Sequence record: OR525698.1
Source of the DNA: Escherichia phage vB-Eco-KMB43
Reading direction: 5' to 3' (one strand)
Length of the DNA stretch: 64,000 nt
Below the pieces are notes generated by a model. That model worked only from the letters and a program-made list of their open reading frames with translations. It ran no database searches and was not told the DNA's origin. Position numbers and translations under genes: made by a program. Below are positions 58,029-64,000 of this stretch, in pieces (the first letter of the stretch is position 1; every line of letters begins with the position of its first letter).

Positions 58029-59594
58029 ATGTTTAGTAGATTAAAAATGCTTGCGCGTTGGGCTGATTTTGACAACGACAAATACGAAGAACAAATTAAA
58101 GATAAAGCAGAGTCTATCGCCGCACCTAAAAACAATGATGGTGCTACGGAAGTAGAAATTAATGATAATTTACCTGCTAGCGCGTGGAACTCTCTTACCC
58201 AGCAATTTTACAGCACCGACCAGAAAATCAGCACAACTAAGCAATTAGTTAACACATATCGCGGTTTGATGAATAACCATGAAGTCGAAAACGCTGTACA
58301 AAATATCGTTAACGATGCGATTGTATTTGAAGAAGGTCATGAAGTTGTTTCATTAAATCTTGAGGCGACTGGTTTTAGTGAATCTGTAAAAGAGCGCATT
58401 CATGAAGAATTTAAAGATCTTTTAAACACTATCCAGTTTGATAAGCGTGGTCAGGATATGTTCCGTCGCTGGTATGTCGATTCGCGTATTTTCTTCCATA
58501 AGATCATCGGTAAAAATCCAAAAGATGGTATCGTAGAATTACGCCAGCTTGATCCACGAAATCTTGAATATGTTCGCGAGATCATTACAGAAGACACCCC
58601 GGAAGGTAAAATTTATAAAGCAACGAAAGAATATTTCATTTACACCGTAGGCAATAGTTCTTATTGCGCGGGCGGTCAAGTATTCTCTCCTAATAGTCGC
58701 GTTAAAATCCCGCGTAGTGCTATTACATACGCTCACAGCGGCTTGATGGATTGCGATGATAAATATATCATTGGTTATTTGCATCGGGCTGTTAAGCCAG
58801 CAAACCAGCTTAAATTGTTGGAAGACGCAATGGTCGTTTATCGTATCACGCGTGCACCGGAACGCCGAGTGTTCTTTATTGATACCGGAAACATGAACAA
58901 CCGCAAGGCTGCACAGCACATGAACTCAGTGGCACAGTCTTTTAAAAACCGCGTTGTTTATGATGCATCGACTGGTAAACTTAAAAACCAGCAAGCAAAC
59001 CTATCAATGACAGAGGACTACTGGTTACAGCGTAGAGATGGTAAAGCAATCACCGATGTTACTACTTTACCCGGTGCATCCGGTATGAGTGATATCGATG
59101 ATATTCGCTACTTTAACCGTAAATTGTATGAAGCGTTGCGTGTGCCATTGTCACGTAGCAATCTCTCCGATGCTAATATGGTGATCGGTGGTGACGGTTC
59201 AGAAATTACTCGCGATGAGTTGGAATTTTCGAAATTCATTAGAACTCTGCAATCACAGTTTTCGGAAGTATTGCGCGATCCGCTTAAATATAATCTGATT
59301 CTCAAAAATGTAATTACGGAAGACGATTGGGATCGTGAAATAAATAATATCAAGGTGGTTTTCCATCGGGACTCTTACTATACAGAAGTTAAAGACGCGG
59401 AAATTTTAGAACGTCGAATCGGTCTAATCGAACGTATTACACCTTACATTGGTAAATATTTCTCTAACCAGACAGTGATGCGTGACATTCTGAAATATAC
59501 CGATGACCAGATGGACACCGAGAAGAAACAGATCGAAGAAGAAGCGAACGATCCGCGCTTTAAACAAACTCCCGATGAAATAGAGGATTTTTAA
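58029..59594 (+). CDS. 20: portal vertex protein
   Basis: 521 aa in gene 20 position. Confidence 0.9.
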   Translation: MFSRLKMLARWADFDNDKYEEQIKDKAESIAAPKNNDGATEVEINDNLPASAWNSLTQQFYSTDQKISTTKQLVNTYRGLMNNHEVENAVQNIVNDAIVFEEGHEVVSLNLEATGFSESVKERIHEEFKDLLNTIQFDKRGQDMFRRWYVDSRIFFHKIIGKNPKDGIVELRQLDPRNLEYVREIITEDTPEGKIYKATKEYFIYTVGNSSYCAGGQVFSPNSRVKIPRSAITYAHSGLMDCDDKYIIGYLHRAVKPANQLKLLEDAMVVYRITRAPERRVFFIDTGNMNNRKAAQHMNSVAQSFKNRVVYDASTGKLKNQQANLSMTEDYWLQRRDGKAITDVTTLPGASGMSDIDDIRYFNRKLYEALRVPLSRSNLSDANMVIGGDGSEITRDELEFSKFIRTLQSQFSEVLRDPLKYNLILKNVITEDDWDREINNIKVVFHRDSYYTEVKDAEILERRIGLIERITPYIGKYFSNQTVMRDILKYTDDQMDTEKKQIEEEANDPRFKQTPDEIEDF

Positions 59595-59828
59595 ATGAAA
59601 CAATTTATCGAAGCAATTAAAACTCGCGATCTAACGCTGATCGAAAAAGAATTTGATAAGATCATGGAGGCTAAAAAAGCCCAGATCATCGAATCCCAGC
59701 GTGTCGAAATCGCATCCAGTATCATGATCGAAGGTGAAGAAGAAAAAGACCGCGATGATGAAGATATGGAAGATGAGGACGACGAAGATCGCAAAGACGA
59801 TAAAAAAGACAAAGAAGACGACGAATAA
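59595..59828 (+). CDS. 67: prohead core protein (acidic tail)
   Basis: 77 aa with highly acidic C-terminus; position after gene 20. Confidence 0.7.
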   Translation: MKQFIEAIKTRDLTLIEKEFDKIMEAKKAQIIESQRVEIASSIMIEGEEEKDRDDEDMEDEDDEDRKDDKKDKEDDE

Positions 59829-59840
59829 TAGGAAGCCAAC

Positions 59841-60248
59841 ATGATTAAAGATTTTACTCCTAAAGCTGACTTAGAAACTTTTCTGCCGGAAGCACAGGAA
59901 AAATTGGACATGTTGGCTATGTTTGAGTCAGAAGAACTATTGAAAATCGTTGAAGGTATCTCCGAGGATGAGCCGGAACTGGCGGTAGCAATGCTGTCTA
60001 TCATCGACGGAATTACTGTAAATGAAGCAATGGTTAAACATGTAAACGCACGCGGGGAAGTTGCACGTAAGAAAGATCGCAAAACCCGTGAGCGTAATGC
60101 TTACATGACTACTGGCCTAAGCAAAGCTAAACGCCGTCAAATTGCCCGTCGTGCTGCAAAAACCAAACGTGCAAATCCATCTATAGAACGTCATGCGGAA
60201 CGTAAGCGCAAAAAAGCAATGCGTAAACGTAAGGCGTTAGGATTATAA
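59841..60248 (+). CDS. 68: prohead core protein
   Basis: 135 aa; basic C-terminus; position before gene 21. Confidence 0.7.
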   Translation: MIKDFTPKADLETFLPEAQEKLDMLAMFESEELLKIVEGISEDEPELAVAMLSIIDGITVNEAMVKHVNARGEVARKKDRKTRERNAYMTTGLSKAKRRQIARRAAKTKRANPSIERHAERKRKKAMRKRKALGL

Positions 60249-60259
60249 CAGGAAACAAC

Positions 60260-60955
60260 ATGGAAAAGAACGAATTACTGATCGAACAATGGGGCGTTCC
60301 TTGTGCTCGCGGTAGTTCGTCATTGCTTGAATCATTTGATGATAAGGCTACAGGAAATCTCTATATTCAAGGGATTTTCCTGCAAGCCGAAACGGTAAAC
60401 CGCAATAAACGCTGGTATCCTCGCAGTGTTCTAGAAAATGCGGTTACTAAATACATACATGAACAAGTTGAGACACATCAAGCTCTAGGCGAACTTAATC
60501 ACCCAGCAAGAGCAATGCCAGATCCATCTAATGCTTGCATCATAATTGAAAAATTATGGTGGGAAGGTAATAACGTGATGGGTAAAGCCCGTGTTATTGA
60601 AGGGGATAAAGGCGCAGGTGATAAACTTGCTGCACTGATTCGCGCTGGCTGGATTCCTGGCGTTTCCTCCCGTGGGTTGGGTCGTTTGAAAGACTCAGGT
60701 CGCGGATACAATATTGTACAGGAAGGTTTTGTGTTGACGGTTGGTGTTGATGTTGTATGGGGTCCGAGCGCACCTGATGCGTGGGTAACTCCGGTGGTTG
60801 AGTCAACGGATAGCGATTCTAGCGCGTCAGACGCACCAGAAAGCGATAAAACCGAAAAAGTGACTAACCCTACAGCCTCGCAACAAAACATCGTAGAATC
60901 GAATAATAGCGCGTTTATGGCGCTCGCAGAAGCGTTATCTAAACGCTATAAATAA
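60260..60955 (+). CDS. 21: prohead core protease
   Basis: 231 aa in gene 21 position. Confidence 0.85.
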   Translation: MEKNELLIEQWGVPCARGSSSLLESFDDKATGNLYIQGIFLQAETVNRNKRWYPRSVLENAVTKYIHEQVETHQALGELNHPARAMPDPSNACIIIEKLWWEGNNVMGKARVIEGDKGAGDKLAALIRAGWIPGVSSRGLGRLKDSGRGYNIVQEGFVLTVGVDVVWGPSAPDAWVTPVVESTDSDSSASDAPESDKTEKVTNPTASQQNIVESNNSAFMALAEALSKRYK

Positions 60956-60986
60956 TAACGTCGTTATCAACAAGAAGGTTATAACC

Positions 60987-61781
60987 ATGCTTAAAGAAAT
61001 GCTGCTCGAAGAAGCAAAACAGATCACCGTAGACCTTGCTCTCGATGACCTGTTTGAATCCGTCGAACTGTCGCCGGAAGTAAAAGAAAATTTTGGTACT
61101 ATCTACGCTCAGGCGGTAAAAGCTAATGCTGTTGCACTGGCAGAAAGCCACATTGAAAAAATCGCCGCTAAAGCCGATGAACTGGTAGAATCAAAGGTCG
61201 AAGAAGCACGCACCGAGATTGAAACCAAACTGTACGAAGATGCAGATAAATTCCTGAATCACTTAGGCGCTAAATGGCTGGCAGAAAATAAAGAAGCCGT
61301 TACCCGTAATATTAAAGCGGATCTGTGCGAATCCCTGATTGGTTCTCTGAAAGATGTTTTCGTTACTCACAATGTTGTAGTACCGGAAGAATCTGTAGAC
61401 GTTGTTGCTGAACTTGACGAAGCACTCAAAGAAGAAAAAGAAAAAACCTCCGAACTCTTTGATGCCAAACTGCAACTTGAAAGCGAAATTCGTGGCATGA
61501 AGCGCGAACAAGCGATCAATGAAAGCACTCGTGATCTTTCCGATACTCAGAAAGAAAAAGTAACCGCGCTGATTGAAGGTCTGGAATATAGCGAAACTTT
61601 CGATAAGAAATTAACTGCAATTGTCGAAATGGTTGCTAAGAAAGAAGACAAACCAGCGAAGATTGAAGAATCACTAAATACTGATGCCGACAAGCTGAAT
61701 GTTATTGCAGAAGCTGTCGAAGAATCAGAGAAAAAGGCAACTGTAGATTCCGGCGTATCCCGCTACCTGAATTTCATCTAA
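60987..61781 (+). CDS. 22: prohead core scaffolding protein
   Basis: 264 aa, acidic and helical; position before the major capsid gene. Confidence 0.85.
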   Translation: MLKEMLLEEAKQITVDLALDDLFESVELSPEVKENFGTIYAQAVKANAVALAESHIEKIAAKADELVESKVEEARTEIETKLYEDADKFLNHLGAKWLAENKEAVTRNIKADLCESLIGSLKDVFVTHNVVVPEESVDVVAELDEALKEEKEKTSELFDAKLQLESEIRGMKREQAINESTRDLSDTQKEKVTALIEGLEYSETFDKKLTAIVEMVAKKEDKPAKIEESLNTDADKLNVIAEAVEESEKKATVDSGVSRYLNFI

Positions 61782-61799
61782 TGTAATTCAAATCTACTT

Positions 61800-61807
61800 T
61801 ATAAATA
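61800..61807 (+). promoter_or_regulatory. T4-type late promoter motif TATAAATA upstream of gene 23
   Basis: Exact TATAAATA 34 nt upstream of the start. Confidence 0.7.
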
Positions 61808-61840
61808 CTTTAGGTTAACAACAAACAAGGTTTAAAGAAC

Positions 61841-63439
61841 ATGAAAACTACCAAAGAACTGATGGAAAAATGGTCCCCGCTGCTGGAGAACGAAAAACTG
61901 CCGGAAATCGCAACTGCGTCTAAGCAGAAACTGGTTGCTAAAATTCTGGAATCTCAGGAAGCGGATTTTGCTGTAGACCCGATCTATAAGGATGAAAAAG
62001 TTGTTGAAGCATTCGGTGGCTTTATCGTAGAAGCCGAAGTTGCTGGCGACCACGGTTATGACGCATCTCAGATCGCGGCTGGTCAGACTACTGGTGCAAT
62101 CACTAACGTAGGTCCGGCTGTTATCGGTATGGTTCGCCGTGCTATCCCTAACCTGATCGCATTTGATATTTGTGGTGTTCAGCCGATGAGCACTCCGACT
62201 AGCCAGATCTTTGCAATCCGTTCTGTATACGGTCCAGATCCGCTGGCAGGTGGCAATGCTCAGAATGTTCGTGAAGCATTCCATCCGATGTATGCACCTG
62301 ATGCGTTCCATAGCTCTCTTGCTGCTAAAGGTGCAACTGTAGGTTCACCAACTGGTACTGCATTCGCTAAACTAACTCTCAGTACTCCGATTGCTGCAGG
62401 TGATATTGTACACCACACCTTCGCAGAAACTGGCATTGCATATCTGCAAAACGTTACCTCAGGACAAGTAACCCCGACCAAATCTGGCAGCGAGTCAGAT
62501 GATGAAGTTGTCATGAAGCTGATTGAAGAAGGTAAACTGGCTGAAATCGCTTTCGGTATGGCGACTTCCATTGCCGAAATTCAGGAAGGATTTAACGGTT
62601 CCAGCAATAACCCGTGGGCTGAAATGTCAATGCGTATTGACAAACAGGTTGTTGAAGCGAAATCTCGCCAACTGAAAGCCCGTTACTCTATCGAAGTTGC
62701 GCAGGATCTGCGTGCTGTACACGGTATGGATGCTGACGCTGAACTGAATGCTATCCTGGCTAACGAAGTTCTGCTGGAAATCAACCGTGAAATCGTTGAC
62801 GTCATCAACTTTACCGCTCAGGTTGGTAAGACTGGTATGACTCAGACCGTTGGTTCTAAAGCTGGTGTATTTGACCTGCAAGACCCGATCGATACTCGCG
62901 GTGCTCGTTGGGCTGGTGAATCCTTCAAATCTCTGATCTACCAGATCGACAAAGAAGCTGCTGAAATCGCTCGTCAGACTGGTCGCGGTGCTGGTAACTT
63001 TGTTATCGCTTCCCGTAACGTTGTAAACATTCTGGCTTCTGCTGATCAGGGTATCAGTCTTGCTATGCAGGGTGCTGCAAAAGGTCTGAACACCGACACC
63101 ACTAAAGCTGTTTTCGCTGGTGTTCTGGCTGGTAAGTACAAAGTGTTCATCGACCAGTATGCTCGTCAAGACTACTTCACCGTAGGTTACAAAGGCGACA
63201 ACGAAATGGATGCTGGTATCTACTATGCTCCGTATGTTGCTCTGACTCCGCTGCGTGCAACTGACCCGCAGTCTTTCCACCCGGTTCTGGGCTTCAAGAC
63301 TCGCTATGGCATCGGCATTAACCCGTTTGCAGACAGCAAATCCCAGGCACCGTCCGCTCGCATCACCTCCGGTATGTTGAGCAAAGACAGCGTAGGTAAA
63401 AACGCATACTTCCGTCGTGTATGGGTTAAGGGTTGCTAA
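61841..63439 (+). CDS. 23: major capsid protein
   Basis: Long blocks nearly identical to T4 gp23 as recalled (GPAVIGMVRRAIPNLIAFDICGVQPM; DAGIYYAPYVALTPLR; YGIGINPFA). Confidence 0.97.
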   Translation: MKTTKELMEKWSPLLENEKLPEIATASKQKLVAKILESQEADFAVDPIYKDEKVVEAFGGFIVEAEVAGDHGYDASQIAAGQTTGAITNVGPAVIGMVRRAIPNLIAFDICGVQPMSTPTSQIFAIRSVYGPDPLAGGNAQNVREAFHPMYAPDAFHSSLAAKGATVGSPTGTAFAKLTLSTPIAAGDIVHHTFAETGIAYLQNVTSGQVTPTKSGSESDDEVVMKLIEEGKLAEIAFGMATSIAEIQEGFNGSSNNPWAEMSMRIDKQVVEAKSRQLKARYSIEVAQDLRAVHGMDADAELNAILANEVLLEINREIVDVINFTAQVGKTGMTQTVGSKAGVFDLQDPIDTRGARWAGESFKSLIYQIDKEAAEIARQTGRGAGNFVIASRNVVNILASADQGISLAMQGAAKGLNTDTTKAVFAGVLAGKYKVFIDQYARQDYFTVGYKGDNEMDAGIYYAPYVALTPLRATDPQSFHPVLGFKTRYGIGINPFADSKSQAPSARITSGMLSKDSVGKNAYFRRVWVKGC

Positions 63440-63524
63440 TATAAGCCAATTCCTGAAAACTCCGGTCGGGTGCAATACCCGACTTATCATAAACCTTATG
63501 ACAGTGTAAAGTGTTAATTCCAAA

Positions 63525-63555
63525 GGGAAGACTCGAAAGGGTCTTCCCTTTTTGC
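63525..63555 (+). terminator. rho-independent terminator after gene 23
   Basis: GGGAAGAC-tcgaaagg-GTCTTCCC stem followed by T5. Confidence 0.8.
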
Positions 63556-63569
63556 GTATTATAACCAGT

Positions 63570-63577
63570 TATAAATA
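63570..63577 (+). promoter_or_regulatory. T4-type late promoter motif TATAAATA
   Basis: Exact TATAAATA just downstream of the gene 23 terminator. Confidence 0.55.
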
Positions 63578-63753
63578 AGGTTGCAAGCCTATATTCTATT
63601 GGGAGCGAAAATAGATACACACAACAAAGACAGGAAGATGCAGAACATCGGTGGGTTGCTAGCCTAAATCCGGTGGCTATGATATGTGATTGATTTTGAT
63701 GCTGGATTTATTAAAACACAACAAACAATTCCACCAATTTTCGTAGTAACTGC

Positions 63754-63942
63754 ATGGCAAAGGGACCAATGAATGAAATGAGCGTTCATGTTGATATTGG
63801 GTCGGATAGATTTGGTAGATATACAGATCTGGTGTCTGCCGACCTTGTTATGACATTCCAGTGTGACGCTAGCGGTAATTTTTGGTTTTGGTACGCTGTT
63901 CCCCGAATTAACCCAAAATTCTCCATAAGGAGGAATGCATGA
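63754..63942 (+). CDS. possible small late protein (62 aa)
   Basis: Stop overlaps the next start (ATGA); no clear RBS. Confidence 0.3.
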   Translation: MAKGPMNEMSVHVDIGSDRFGRYTDLVSADLVMTFQCDASGNFWFWYAVPRINPKFSIRRNA

Positions 63943-64000
63943 GTAAGAAAGAAAACAGCTATGTTATGACTCGTAAGGAATACAACGAATTGATGTTAGC
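63939..64000 (+). CDS. hypothetical protein, N-terminal fragment (continues past window end)
   Basis: AAGGAGGA RBS 4 nt upstream of ATG; translation MSKKENSYVMTRKEYNELML. Confidence 0.5.
   Translation, partial: MSKKENSYVMTRKEYNELML

Overview
This window reads as a T4-type (Tevenvirinae-like) myovirus genome segment with two very different halves. Positions 1-33080 are an early/accessory region transcribed on the minus strand. It holds recognisable T4-like genes (nrdG, nrdD, gene 49 endonuclease VII, nrdC, dam, tk, dmd, 57B/acb1, 57A, 1, 3, 2, 4) interspersed with more than 50 small ORFs of unknown function, two HNH-AP2 homing endonucleases, many tiny hydrophobic proteins and several tandem paralog families. 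At least 17 near-identical sigma70-type early promoter cassettes sit in front of these genes, some preceded by a terminator hairpin. Positions 33090-64000 are the late structural module on the plus strand in T4 order: 53, 5, 5.1-like, 5.4, 6, 7, 8, [insertion], 9, 10, 11, 12, wac, 13, 14, 15, 16, 17, 18, 19, 20, 67, 68, 21, 22, 23, with TATAAATA late-promoter motifs and hairpin terminators. The most unusual feature is a self-contained 1.6 kb cassette inserted between baseplate genes 8 and 9: terminator, sigma70-like promoter, three translationally coupled ORFs (the third a class I SAM amino-methyltransferase-like protein with an NPPF motif), terminator, then a late promoter for gene 9. Other candidates for new biology are a TARG1/DarG-like macrodomain protein, a nucleotidyltransferase-fold protein, a host-like GrcA glycyl-radical protein, a secreted transglycosylase-like protein and a repeat-domain paralog family between nrdD and gene 49. 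All homology calls rest on motif reading and recollection of T4/E. coli proteins; no database search was run. Motif coordinates are accurate to about 2 nt, and several ORF-track starts use TTG/GTG and probably begin at an internal ATG, as noted.
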